Shown: positions 24,101 through 39,100 of the stretch, piece by piece
Position numbering within the stretch: position 1 is the first letter of the stretch
Layout: every line of letters starts with the position of its first letter
From: Octopus sinensis
Taxonomy: Eukaryota
Reading direction: 5' to 3'
Assembly: GCF_006345805.1 (NCBI RefSeq)
Contig: NC_043002.1
Span: forward strand, 85,870,001 to 85,934,000
Length of the DNA stretch: 64,000 nucleotides
Translations under genes and position numbers: made by a program
The notes under the pieces: model-generated
Seen by the model: the letters and a program-made list of their open reading frames with translations, nothing else
The model's database searches: none
What the model was told of the DNA's origin: nothing

Positions 24101-27100
24101 TATCATCACACACACACACACACACACAAATATGACCTAATTTCAGAATGTTTGAGGTCATATACATACAAATGCTTAATTGTTATTACAAACACTTGTA
24201 ACAAAGAAAATAGATAAAAACTAACCATGGCTCAAATTACAGTATAAAACCTCACATGAATATAGAAATATGAGATAAGTAAAAACATAGACAGGCAAAT
24301 AGATATATAGTTATTGGCCTATACACATAGATATGCATACACATAGCTACATATCATCATCATAGTTTAACATGAACTTTACCATGCTTGCATGTCTCAG
24401 ATGGAGTTTGTTAAGGTAGATATTCTATAGCTGAATGCCCTTCCTGTTGCCAATCCTCACCAGTTTCCAAGCAAGTTAACATTTTCCCTAAAGCCAAACA
24501 TGTTTTTCACAGAAGATGCAAATGAACAACACTGCTTGTATGATGGTGATGCTTGTTTACAAATACCACATGATGTCAAGAAAAGGGTACACACAAATTC
24601 ATAAATCCTCATTTTAACATGCACTTTTCTATGTTTACATGGGTTGGACAGAATTTGTTGAGATAGATTTTTCTATGGCCGGGTTCTTTCCACTGTTTGG
24701 GAGTAGCACTTCTTCATACACCTCTCCTCATCCATCCGCAGTACATGACCATACCAATGCAAACGTCTCTCTTGCCTGCTACATCTGACATTTCTTATGT
24801 CTAGCATTTCTCTCAGGGCACTTACACTCTGTCGTGTGTGCACACTGACATTACACATCCAGCGGATCAAGCTAGCTTTATTTCTTTCAAGCTTACGCAT
24901 GTCTTCAGTCACGGCCCATGTTTCATTGCCATGAAGCATGGCAGTTTGCACACATGCATCATACATTCTACCTTTCACTCTGAGCGAAAGGCCCTTTGTA
25001 GGGGCAGGAGCTTTTTCAACTTTGCCCAGGCTTTTCTTATTCTAGTGATAACACTCTCTGAGCATCCAACCCCACTACAGACTTGGTCACCTAGGTTGCA
25101 AAAACTATCAACTACTTCTAGTTTCTCTCCCTGGCATGTAATGGAGTCTGTTTTCTTAGCATCTCTGGTGTTTATTGCCCCTGTGCATCTGCTGCACATT
25201 AAAGCTATCATCCCGGTTAATCTTCCTTTGATGTTGCTGCACCTCTTAGGTGTCCATAGCTTACACTGGGTACATCTTGTGGAGTTTCTACCAACAACTT
25301 TTCTACAGATCGAGTAGGGCCACCTACCTGAAGAGGTGTGTAATGTGTTTGCCTTCCTACTTACTAGAACTTTGGTCTTTGCTACATTGACTCTAAGGCC
25401 CTTCGATTCTAATCCTTGCTTCCACACTTGAAGTTTCTTCTCTAGTTCTGATGTAAAATTATTCTGTGAACTATTCAAATGCTTTACAAGATACAGCTGA
25501 TATTTTTTGGAGACTATGTAACTTAATTAGTGCTGGAAGTGGTTGCAGAGAAATCATAATAGCTGGATTAAAAAAAAAAAGGAATTCTTGGATGTTACCA
25601 TTGTTGTCAATAAGTAATTGCTGTTCAAAATTCTGAGTGAACAAAGCATGAATTAGAAATGTGATGCTATAATACTGAGACATAGCAGATATCTAAATAC
25701 TCATAAAAATGGGAAGGATTAAAAAGAATAATGCCAAAACTAACCTGCATTCGTGTTTTTATGACATCAATAGGAGTATTACCAAATACAGATACAGCAC
25801 CAGCAATTGCTCCAAAAAGCCCAGTTAGAAGAGTAGGAACTTTGATATTTGGGTCCCCACCTCTGTATTTATCTTTGAGCGTTTCCATAACAAAAAATCG
25901 CATTGCTTGGTTTGTACCCTGCTTCAGGATAGTTGGTGTCAACCCTTGATATACACCACGGATTCCTATAAGCAAAATATTAGTTGGAGAATTATAGTTG
26001 TACAGCATGATATTTCAGACATTTTTCACAAAGAAGTAATGACAAAAATACTGGTTTTGTAAGATAAACATAAGAGACAAACTTAAATTGAATTACTTAA
26101 AGTAAATATCATATATCAATTTTCATGGTATCATATGAGCAAAGTGTTAAACATACCTTTCTCTTTGATAATTTGACTTACTCCATGGAAGAAACCTTTA
26201 AACTTTGGATTGGCTGAGGTCTGATCATTGATGAATTTTACTTTAACAGTTTCCATTGGAGTAACTGCTAATATTGCTTCAGACACACCAGCACCTAAGA
26301 AAATATATCCAATAAAAGAATTATATATTTGATATAGTAGCCATTCAAGTTGTAATGTATTAAAAGTTACAAAACTGGGTTCCATCAGATAGATTAAGGC
26401 AATATGAAACTTAAAAGATAAGACAAAAGCTGATGCTGTAACAGTATATATGGATCAGTAAACATGATTGGTATTTTGGTCAGTCTAAATGCTTTTAAAT
26501 TATTTTCTTTATGTTCAGTTAAATTTTCTTCATCTGTTCTGATTGAGGAATTTTTTTTTTTAATGCTTAGGGGTACATCTTATGGAGTTTCTACCTACAA
26601 CTTTTCTACAGATCGAGTAGGGCCACCTACTTGAGGTGTGTAATGGGTTCGCCTTCCTACTTACTAAAACTTTGGTCTTTGCAACATTGACTCTAATGTC
26701 CATAATGTCCAATTAATAGAAGTTAAATTCTATCATAGATAAGCTGCTGACATGTACAAGGGAGCAACAGAATGCAGATAATAATATATAAACCAGTAAG
26801 AAGAAAAGACAATGTTATCTTCAGACCAGAAATCTGGTCTAAGTACTTGCAACAAAGTCAACTCCACTAAAGATATCTAAGGGTCAGTTGATGATTAAGC
26901 AGATAACAAGTTTACCACCTAATTTTCGTCCACCAAATTTCACTAACAAGGCTTTAGTTAATCCAAGTCTATGGCATAAAACTCTAGCACAGATGCTGTA
27001 CAGTTTGTCCAAACCTGAAGCCATGTAATCAATAACAATTTTTTAAAAAATCATTTTGAGTCATAAGGATCCACAGATCCAGTAATAATTTCTAGTTTTC

Positions 27101-30100
27101 TGCTGTAGATGAGAAAACAACTATTAAATGAACAGAATACCTATAATACATGGTGTGCTGGTATTCCTAGGGGAACACCTATCAGCTATATACTATAGGT
27201 AGGTATTCCTGCAATACTTACTGATAAAAGGGGATGAACAGAACCCAGCATTGCAAGCCAAAACAAACATCAAAACTGGATTACAATATTTGACTAAAGA
27301 GATTCAATATTTGGAACTTGACTGGTGATTTAAATAGGTGTTGTAAAAATACCTTATAAATGTAATTGAATACTCTTCCTTAACCCACATTATAAAATGA
27401 TGATTTCATAAGAAGTTATAAACCTCAAGCACTCTGAGATAATGGTAATCAAGAGGTCTAGTAATCAAGCTAAAAATGATTTCTGTTTTGATTAGTTAGT
27501 CCGAGAAAGAGATAGAACTTCCTTTGGAATTTCTTAAACAAGGTACAGATATAACCAGGTGATATTAATGGTTTGTTTGAATTCAATTCAGGAATATAGG
27601 ATAGCATTTTTTTAACATTAATTTTGTGATAGCAAATTAATTAACATTATGCTAGAAGTAACAACAATAGTCATTAAGTTTGAAGTGCTAGTGTTGCTAG
27701 TAATGGATTGTTTGTAAAAATGCTTAAAACCAGTCATAAAGGCTAAAATGATTGGGATCATGTTAGTTATGTTTGAACAATAGATGATCTAGAGTAAAAG
27801 AGTAATTAATTCACTATCAACTAATAGTCATATACAAATTCACTATGCAGTGTGTGTGTATGTAATCTAATATCTCTTACAGTTACTTATATTCTTGACC
27901 CTGTCCTGTCTTAACTATGGCAGATAGAGATTACATTTCTTGGCTTTCTGGTCTTAATATTTGCACTGCCCCCAAGATTCACTTCAAGTTCATGTAGATC
28001 AAAGGTGAGGAACCTAAGACCTTAATCTCATATGCAGTCTTTAAGAACCTACGGAAAAACACAGTCCTGAATGAAGTTAATGTTTTACATAAAAAAAATA
28101 GAGGTACGATTAAGATCCCTAATAATGAATATGCATAAGAAAAATATCTTAATGCCTCAATGTTGACGTCAATTATCACAATCCAGTAAAGCAAAAATGG
28201 AAAAAAAAATATCTCACATCTTTTGCATGTCATTAAAAATGCTGGTTTATATTTTTAATTTTCCTTAATGCAGCCTTATTACATTACACTTTATTCTATC
28301 TGGCCTTCAAATATGAAATGGTTTGCTAACCCTGAGAGAGTAGACCTTGTCCCAGATTTGTTTATGACATTATCAACTAAAACTATACAGAAATGTGAAG
28401 AGGTGTTCATGTTTTTGCATTTGTTACCTTCAGTAAACATCAATATTAACTAAAATAGCAAAGTATTGTGAAACACACAAAGGCGTTGAGAAGACAGTCA
28501 AATAAATTAGTTCATGCATACAATTGTGTGTTTATTTACAAAAGAGATAGGCAGTATTTGAAGTTCAAATTATTTAGCTGGGTTCCAGAAGTAAAATTGA
28601 AAACTTGAACAAAAATCAGAATAAATTATTACTTATTAGTCAAAATATTTGATAATGCACATACATGCACAAGTACAAATGATACACACACTTACACAAC
28701 AAATATAGTCACAGAAAAAAAAATCTTTGATATATCTTAAATAAACCTGGAACAGTTAGGATTTCAGTGTTGAGAAGTAAACATTGGTTGCACAAGAAGT
28801 TCAGTAAGATTCCTGTCATTTGACTGTAATTCTAATACTAAGATTGTGAACTGCATTAGCAAATTAGATGTTAAATGTAATTCTCACAGAAAAGAAAGAC
28901 ATAATATCCAATTAATAGAAGTTAAATTCTATCATAGATAAGCTGCTGACATGTACAAGGGAGCAACAGAATGCAGATAATAATATATAATTTATTCAAA
29001 TATAAGGGTTTCTGATTTAAGCAGAAGGCCAGAAATTTTAAGAGGAGAGGAATAGATGATATCACTAACCCCTGCACTTGACTGGTACTTTATCGTATCG
29101 ACCCCTTGGAGGGATGAGAGGCAAAGTGAACTCTGACTGGAGCTAACTCAGAAATGTAAAGAACCAGGATAAATACAGTAAAGCGTTTTGTCCAACACTA
29201 ACAGTTCTGCCAATTTGCCATCTTAAACATAATAACAATGCTTTCTGACTTAGGCACAAGGTTAGCAATTTCAAAGGGAGGAGATTAATCAATACTATCA
29301 ACCCCAAAAGAATGGATGAAAAAGTTTACCTTAGCAGGATTTGAACACAAAACATAATAAAACAACAACAACAACAACAACAACAAAATGATATAAAAGA
29401 TGGGCTACAGCAAATACTCTGCTCAGTACCACAGATATGCTTGTCAGTTGTTTGACCTTAACCAAATGAGCATGTCCCTGAGTAGGTACTGATATGTGCA
29501 TCTCTGGTCACGAGCAGAAGTAGTGGGGAAGCATCATAGCCATATGCTGAGAGGAATTCTTTGGGGTTTGGATAATTCACCTTTGGAAACATGGGTGTGT
29601 CGTTCAACATCATTAAACAACCTTTATTCAGGGAACTTTTAAGCAGGATGGGCTACTTGACCTGAAGAAAATTCTAACTGGGCCCTCACCTGCAAGGTCA
29701 TGCGCTGTTTATCTTGATATGAGATCACCATGCCGCGCACATATGGTTGTGATGCATGTGCCTGGTGTATCTTTATCAGATGGGTAGTCATGACGGGTAT
29801 ACTGGGCTTCGTATATTTTACCCCAGTGTCACTTTGATGGCAGGCACTGCTCTCTCACTCAATAATAATAATAATAATAATAGTGTGTGTGTGTGCATAT
29901 ATTTATAATAGAGATGGCAGAATTAATACAATTTGAAAACAAAATACCTCGAGGTTAGTTATGTCAATTTATTCTAAGGTCAATTTAGCATTAGTCCTTA
30001 CAAAGGTTCATAAAGTGTGTATCAGATTATCAGACAAGATAGAGGGTCCAATAAATTCTACACAAAGCCCTTGGGGAGCTATGCCCTTGTCAAACAATTG

Positions 30101-33100
30101 AAGCCAATAAAACAATAGAAGAATAAAAACCATGTGTAGGCAAGCAAAGTAGAAGTAAAAGATACTAAAAATACTGTACAAACTTCTGACAGAAAAAAAT
30201 TCTAAAATAATTATTTCCTGGTTTGGCACAAGGCCACAAACCATTAGTTATTTCATTTTATTGTCTGCTTAGTTATGCCTTCCTATTATGAAATGCATAA
30301 TTTCCCATTCCATTTCCTACTCTTCCATTTTGTTTGAATTTTATTTCTTTTCTTCGTTCTTATTTCTCCTGTTATTTGCCAAAAAAACGTGAAAAGGATT
30401 ATAAAAGAACAGCTGTCCAGGATAATGGATTATAGTAGTGGTGGTTTAAGTAAAAAAAAATTGCTCCTTCTATCATACTATGTGTGCTTTGTGGCTGACA
30501 TAATTCACCACGAAAAATCAAGAAGCTTCTGTGGATACTCAATCTGCTAGAAATAGCAACCAAACATCCTTTAAATCACACCCTATCATCTTAAAAAAGT
30601 GTTGGGAGTATGGAGACTAACTGCATAATCCTAGATACATTGCCCAAAATAAAGACAGAATGGTCAGTTGGAAAGCTTTTGATCATGTGTCTGTTCATTC
30701 AGAGCCCACCTGGGGCTAAATAATAACACCAACCATAATTAACATGAGTCAACAATGAAGCTTATCAAGAGGTGTTACACCTGCTAGAAATAGCAGTCAA
30801 ACCTTTCTTTTAAAAAATGCAGATTTTGGATGATATAGTTTTAAATATATTGAATAAAAATCATGGTCATGGCTGGAGCATATTTCATCATAGGTTTGCT
30901 TGATCATTACTAACCTGGGCTAAATAACAAGATAGCAACAATATTCAACAAGGTGAGGAGATAACTAGATGACCTTTGTAGAATTAACTAGATAACCTTC
31001 ATAGAATATTTGGCAGTTTTCATGTGAAAGGAGGTGGAACCAACTGTGCTACCATGAATGAGGGAGAATTAATCATACTAGGGAAGAGAAAAAAATAAAG
31101 TTAGAGAGCAGAGAAAAGAGAGGAGAAAGTGAAGATTAAAGGATGAAGAGACTAGAGATAGAGGAGTAACAGTATTTTTATTTTTGTTTTTTTCCATATT
31201 TTGATAGTTAAATAAGTTTAGAGAGGCATTTGTTGCTATTTCTAACATCTCACATTCACACTGTAACAAAGACTGCATCACAAAGACAAGGCTTCATTTG
31301 GGTTAGAAAATACTTCAACCCCTCACGACAATTATCCCTATATGACATTTCAAGTGAGACGCACATTGGGACAGTACTGCTGCTGCACACAGACATCCTA
31401 GAATGGCAGCCAGGAAATAGTCACCAAACTGATTGTCAAAGTTACCAACACACTTCAACATCTGGCTCAAGTAAACTTCCTTTCCTCTGTGTTATTTTTA
31501 CAACTACTACTGTAGCTTCTGCACCACAGAACTGGTCAATCTTGAGCACCCCCAAGTTATATACATTCGATCTAAAGAACAGGCAGACTTTTTTTTTCAA
31601 TTAAAGTGAAGGTATTGTACATTATTAAGAAAACTAAAACAACAACATGGTCCTATTTTCCATTGGGTCATTGTATTTATGATGAAAATGATAAGGGAAT
31701 GTCTAACTCAATGTAAAGCAAATACCTCAATAAGGGACTTATAAAACACCATGATCCAAGGCATTCTGACGTAACAATCCCACCTTTTGTTATTCAAGGC
31801 ACTACATGATTTAATTCATAATTTTTATCATTATTATTATAAACAGTAAGGTGTAACTTAAGGGAGGTTTCTAGCAAGCAGAGTGATATTTCTTTGTTAG
31901 CTTGAATAAATATGGATTTATTAATTAAACAGAAAACAACAGAATAATTATATATCATGGTAATAGGACTGGATGGTTTTCATGGATATTAACAGCCAGA
32001 AATCAAAATCAATTCACTGACTTGTCGTCCTGGGATGTTATCTAATTACACCCCAGCACACTAATGTCAATATTTATCTATTTATAAAACAAAGCAAATT
32101 TTTGATGGGTGTACACTGTTGTGACCTGAATCTATCAACATGGAAGAATGAAAGGCAAAAAACACAGATGGGCAGTATTTGAATCCAGGGTATGTAGATA
32201 TAAAACTAAACACTGCACTACATTTATCGTGAAACATTACTACTTCTGACAAGTCATCTAAACAGTACCAACATTTAGAGGCTACACATTTCACAAATTT
32301 CTCCACACAGGCAACTACTAAAATACATTACAGTAATACCTCACTTTACGAGGACCTGCTTTACACGACACCAAGTTTAAGAGTTTTATTTTTCAAGCAC
32401 AAGATCCAAATATTGAATGATGTGCAAAAGTTTCTGCTACCATAACAAATGCTTCTGCATGTTACTGAGACATTTATAGAGTGAAAAAAAGCTTCTAACA
32501 AACAACTCTAGACTTGTTTTTTAAAAAGAAATCTACATGTCCGTCTGTGAGTGCTTGTGAATCAGTGATTGTGTCTACAAGTGATGGTGTGCATGAGTAT
32601 AGTGCAAGTCAAAGCAATTCAGAAAATGGTTATAATAATAATATTTATTATAAATGATCTTGACATTGTTTTTACATTACATAAAATATTCTTTACATGC
32701 TACTGTTGTTTCATTGCCATTTATTTACAGGTATTATAAATGTTATAGGTAAAATGTTTTTCTGGGAATGAATTATGATTTATAACATTGCTACTATGGG
32801 GAAATTATTGCCCTGCTTTATGAGTTTTTGCTTTACGAGCAGTCTCCAGGAACAAATTAACTCATATATTGAGGCATTACTATACTTATGTTATATACAA
32901 TTCCTCCAAAAATTAAACTGCTGCTGTTGCTGGGGTTATAAAACTAGCTAGATTGTGGTGCCATACACTTGTTCAATATATGTTTTTCTTTCATTTTTAC
33001 TATTTGTCTCAAACAAAGATACAACTGGTATCACTCCATGGATTCCAGAAAAATACATGTTAGGAACCTAACCAAGCTACAAATCAAATAACAGACTGAA

Positions 33101-36100
33101 ACAGTTTGGAAAGAAAAGAATTTGTTAATTACATATAACTGCATTAGGCGTTTTAATATGTGTGGTTATTAGAGTCATTGAAACAGAGTATATAAAGTTA
33201 AACGCAAACTTGATTTAATAAAAATTAAACTGAACCAAAGTAAATAGAACAGGAGTTTAGATATAAAAAGTGGGGGGGAGTCTCCACTCAACATCAGATA
33301 AATCAAAAACATTTAGTGTTATTAAGTAATATACTAAAAATTCAAAATCTAAGTAAAAACAAGCCAAATAAAATACTGTAAATAAAAACCAACAAAATAA
33401 ATTATTACCTTTAATTTTATTCCTAAAGTGGTAGAAAAAATTCAAGAAATGTGTTAAATTTTCAACGTTTCCAGATTGTGATAACGAGTTTATAAAACCA
33501 TTTGGAATATTGGGTTTCTTTCTTTCAAAATTGTACAACCAAAGTTTGAGTTCTGTACTTTAGGTGGGCTGGGCATTAAAATTCCTTTCTTACTTTAGAA
33601 TATAGTTTTAAAGTTGCAAGAGAGGTGACAACACTGTACAACATTCGAAATATGAACGAATCGCTTTCAACAAGAGTTGCTTGTACCTAATTCACCAGGA
33701 ACATGTATCTTTTACTCTACAAGACTATCAACAATAATTAGAAAACATTACAAGCTATTTTCACTTATTGTTTAATGGATAGATTCCACTAAATTTAATC
33801 TTTACAAGTAATTTGATAAGAAAGTATAATGCAACTTTACCTTAATCAACTAAGCCAAAAAGTAATTATTACCTCAATTTCACGGTATGTCTTAAAACTG
33901 GCAAGGTTTACAAAATATTTTAACTATATTAGTATGAACATAACAAATTAAATTAGTATAAAAAAGAAATTACAATTTTATTTTTAGTTGATAATTTTAT
34001 ACTAGAATCTAATATTTTTCTGATCTCTTACACATTCCTATTTATTACTCTATTGCATTAATTCCCAATTATTTTTAGCTCTAGCTTGTGATTCTCAATA
34101 AAGCTACTCAAAAATTTAACAGTAATTGTATGATTCATAATCACTTCACCAGTGAGCTAATTTTGTTTCATAGTTTGAATCAATATGAATTTTCTTCATG
34201 CATCCTTCAGAAATTAACCAGACCGGATGATCTTCAAAAGCAAATCAAACAATTAATGGTTCCCACAAATACAATATGAAGAACAAGAAAAGAATTTAGA
34301 GTAGTTCTGATCAAAACATAATGTAAGATAATTAAAAATAAACGATTACCACAAGCAACAAGGATATATAAAAACAGTTGATTATTTTCTGGATTATTTA
34401 TTAGAATTACAGAAGAATCTGTCCATCAGATATAAGATACCAAATCACATTGGTTGGTACTGATAACTATTCTCCACAGAATAACAAACCAGACACAGTG
34501 TATGTATTGTGAGCCTTCATATGGTTATGTAGTTAAGTGAAAGAATTATCAGGGAGTTGAATAAAATGCCTTGTAGTAGTCATTCTGGCTCTCTGTACTC
34601 TAAGTTCAAATTTTGATGAGATCAATTTTGTCTTTCGACCTTTTAATGTTGATAAATAAAGTACTAGTTTAGTACTACAGTTAATTCTTCTTCCTCTCTT
34701 TGCAAGAAATCAGCTGTATTCAAACCTGGAGAGGGATGGGATGCACCAAGTTTAAAACACCAAGACATACTATTTATTATGACAGCAACCCTATAAGCTC
34801 CCTGAGGAGTTGAGGGTTCAAGAAAAAAAAATGGATACAGTAAATTATGCAATAAGAAAAGAGGTTTAACTTTATTGAGCACAATGATGAGCAATTAAAA
34901 ATTTTCGTGTAATGAATCCATATCCTAATTAAACAGCAACAAAATGCTTAAAAGACCTAACCTTATCACACTTGAGAAATGAAGTTAAAAATCATCTCAA
35001 ATAGTAAACAATCTCAGATAACTTTCCATATTGATCTCTCTCTCTCTCTCTCTCGCTCACTCACACACACACACACACACAAACCATAACTTTCATAGTG
35101 ATCATATACAGATTTTTTTCAGGAATAGAAAATACCTTAGCTCCTCCAAACAGCTACTGATCCTGTACAAAGTATAAATTTACTACAAAAAAATGCTCAT
35201 ATAACTGGAATATTCCAGCTACCACTCAGAGATACAAATCTTTACTCAGTAGCAGCCTTCAACAACTTGCCCATCATCAAGCCATGTATATCTTCCATCA
35301 CTAGATCTCTTAACTATACACTACCAACTAAATCCATTTATCCCACACACCATATCCATAATCACCCCTACTACATCACATCCCCTAACACACACACATT
35401 AATTACTTTTCCAGTACTTGTTTCCAAGGTCGACACCCTTCTGGAATCATCCGTGCAAGTTTTTCTTTTAAACCAATATTCTTAAAAAATTAAACTAAAC
35501 ATGACAATTATCCATGAATTGTTCATATATTTTATATCAATGTTTCTTATTTTTGACAGGGACCCATAAAGACGGAGAAGAGGGTAGATAGTCATGCTTC
35601 ATAAATTTAATGGTTTTAAACTGTTTAAACTTGTCCATTACTAGGACACAGAAAGAAAACTGATATGGATGCAAATTATTGTCTTTCCATTGATAAAGTG
35701 GGGAACTGGCATTTGTTAATTTCAGAACCGCTGCCTTGGATCAGTGATTCTGATCCATGTTTCTAGGGGAGCAGGCATGTTCCTAGGAGAGCTATAAAGA
35801 GGATAGTGAGAAATATAGTTATTTTAATTACAGTGACTATTTTTAATATATCAGGATAAATGTGGAGTCAGTCATAAGCATCAAAATGTTTTAGGAGGGC
35901 ATTCAATGAAACAAAATTAAGAAACACTGCCTCAGATTGAAAAGCATTGTAAATATTCTAATCAGTTGGCTTTCCTCTTCAAACCACATTATTCAAATAT
36001 TTAGGTTGCAATGTTTGTAGAATGAACATTTTAATTCTTATATCAAAATTAAATCACAGATATACTCCCTTAAGTAAAGCTATTATATTTGCTAAATGCT

Positions 36101-39100
36101 TCACTTCCAACTTCACATGCAAGAAAATTTCTCTCAAACTATCTTTCCTCACTCCACTTCATACATATAATTATTCAATGCCAAAACTACAATAATTGTT
36201 CTAGTCCAACAAGGCAAATAGTCATGACAACACTGCTCCTATTACTTACAAGCAAACTTTTCCAGAGCTTGCAGCCATCCTTACCAAACTTCAATCTATC
36301 TTGAAATTGATGTTCCTATCCTAGTAACAAGGGCAACCTCTTCAACCCTGCTAATTGCTGAGCTACTGAACTTACTTCCAACATTTTAAAGTTGATGGAG
36401 ATAGTTGTTTATATGTAATCACCTCCTTCATAACTGAGTCTGTGTCTCTTTTCAGTAATCACCACTATAGCTTCTAAAGAGTCAGTTAATCAACAGAAAA
36501 CTTGGTCTTCTATGTCATACATTATTGGTCTCTCAGTCTTGAGAATTTCTATGAAAATGTGTTGTTGCCCATAACATAAGCCAAACCTTTGATTAAAACT
36601 GACAAGAGAACCTCCCACCTTAACTGGCTGCTTATTCATTTGTCTCATTGCAATGATTAGGATACTTCATTACTACATATGCTGACAGGGCTTTCTTCAA
36701 ACCATGTTATCAACTGTAGCATACCTCAACATTTTGGCTATGTCCTTTCACATGCTTCCTCTTATGTGTTTATGACTTTCACCTCTAATATACACACACA
36801 CTCTCGTATGCTAGGCCTCAACCTATGACAACCCCACACATATAACAATGTCAAAACTGATGCCCTATTCAGTTCCAGAAAATACTTCAGCTCTTATTGG
36901 TTGCTGACTCAACCACTCAAGTAAAACCCACTATGACCGACTGCTAACATATTTGAGACAGTGCTACTGCTACACATATGCACACACTTTCTAGATTGTT
37001 TCTGAAGATGAATTGTTCAGAAGATTGATATAATTCAAATGGCTCGGAAACAGACCATTTCTTATATGACTATCCCATCATAACTATAGTGGACTTGTCT
37101 GCTCCACTGAAGCAGTTAGCTTCATATTTCCTCTACTCAGGACTATCTAACACACCAGACGTTCTTCCTCTTATCACTGGTACTACACTGTATATATCAC
37201 TTCCCAGATCTAGCACTAAAAACTATGTTCATCAAACTATTCTTTCTCAAAATTGTAGCCATCTGTATTTCCTTCCCAGAACTAAAAATATCAGAGATTC
37301 CCTCCCCATCCATGTCCTCTTTGCTGATGTCAACTTAGAAATGTTCAACTTGACATTAATCATATCAATCTCATTAGAACTCCTTTTCTTTCCTCTGCAC
37401 TGGCTATTAAAATAAAAAGTAAGCCTGTTGGCTTACAAATTAGGAGTCTAGGAAGCAGAGGTTCATTTTTTTTTTGGTTTTTATTCTTTTTATTTCGGTT
37501 TTAAATTGGGTTCCTCATAGATAATATGATATTTTAAAGGAAATTACAACTCATGATATATGGACACATAACAAAAAGGTGGAACATCAAACCAATACAC
37601 GTGTGTGCAACAAGCTGAGGAAAAACCTGATTGTTTATATAGTTGACAAAATCCAGTAACTTTACATGACATATAAGTAAACTTTGCATGTAACAAAGAA
37701 ACAAATGTGAACTTCATTAGCAAACAACTAATCATTGTACATTATTTACATATTAGTAAACTAAGACAGACTGACATAAACAATAGAGTGAGTTGATATG
37801 ATGTTGAATTACCAGCTGAGGTCTTTAACATATATATCTATCCAATAGCATACATGATAGACTGAGGTGAAGAGGTTATCATGCATATATTCAGTTAAAT
37901 TATGTATAGGAAGGTTGAGAATTCATTCATTCTTTTTAATTAGTTGAAATCTTTTGCAGACTGAAGACCCATTTGCATGTGTTTGAAAGTTACAAATCTA
38001 TAACCAATATCTGTTGGTGGGTGAATCATTTGTTCATTTTTTGTAATATAAAGAAATATCTAAAAGATTACTTATTATAATTGGTATAAAATAAAATTCA
38101 AGAGAAGAAAAAGTCATATCTTCCTCAATGGAAATCTAACGTTACACTTTAACTAATTAAACAGACATACTACAATAATTTTTCATTTGCAGTCTTAAAA
38201 AAATAAAAGTTCAATAATAAAGTTGCAAATTTGAAGGACTGGTGAGAGTCCGCATCACAAAAATTAATCTAAATGGGAGTTCATAGAATGTTTATAAGTT
38301 CAACATCTGTAAGGAAAGGAAAGGAAAGTTTAACAGGTCAAGCTCTTAACCCACTCAACAGAGATAAAAATGGAAGCACTTTTTGACTAACCATAGGTTG
38401 TCAATTGAAATACAATTTCACTTTCACTCACAAGGCATTGGTCAGCCTAAGGCTTTAATAAAAGACACTTGCTCATAAGATAGAACCCGAAACGGTACAG
38501 TTACAAAGCAAACTATATCTAAACAGCCATGCCTGTACCTCACAAACACATTCATACACACAACAAAGCAAATACATGGCTGTGTAGTAAGAAGTTTACT
38601 TCCCAACCACATGGTTCCCGGTTCAGTCTCAGAGTATGGCATCTGGGACTAGTGTCTTCTACTATAGACCTGGATTTACTAAAGCCTTATGAATGGATTC
38701 GGAAACTGAAAGAAGTCTACTATCATCATCACCATTTAATGTCCACTTTCCATCTTGGCATGCATGGATGAATAGTTTGATGGAGAACCAGAAAGTTGTA
38801 GGACCGTGTGTACATGCGTGTGTGTCTCCTACCACTGCTTGACAACCAGTGTTGGTTTGTTTACATTCCTGTAACTTAGTTGTTCAGCATAAGAAACCAA
38901 TAAAATAAGTACCAGTCTTAAAAATTAAGTACTAGGATTGATTTGCTTAACTGAAACCCCTTGAGGCAGTGCCCCAGCACTGTGCAATGACTGAAACAAG
39001 TAAAAGATAAGAGATACATAAATATGATATTCTAAGTCATGCTGAGATATCTTTTCAAAATACTGACACCAAACCTTTTACAACATAGAGATATGGTGAA

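Noticed and set aside
33250-33900. Possible mitochondrial insertion (NUMT)
   Set aside because: It is AT-rich with a hydrophobic ORF, but I could not match any mitochondrial protein or rRNA motif.
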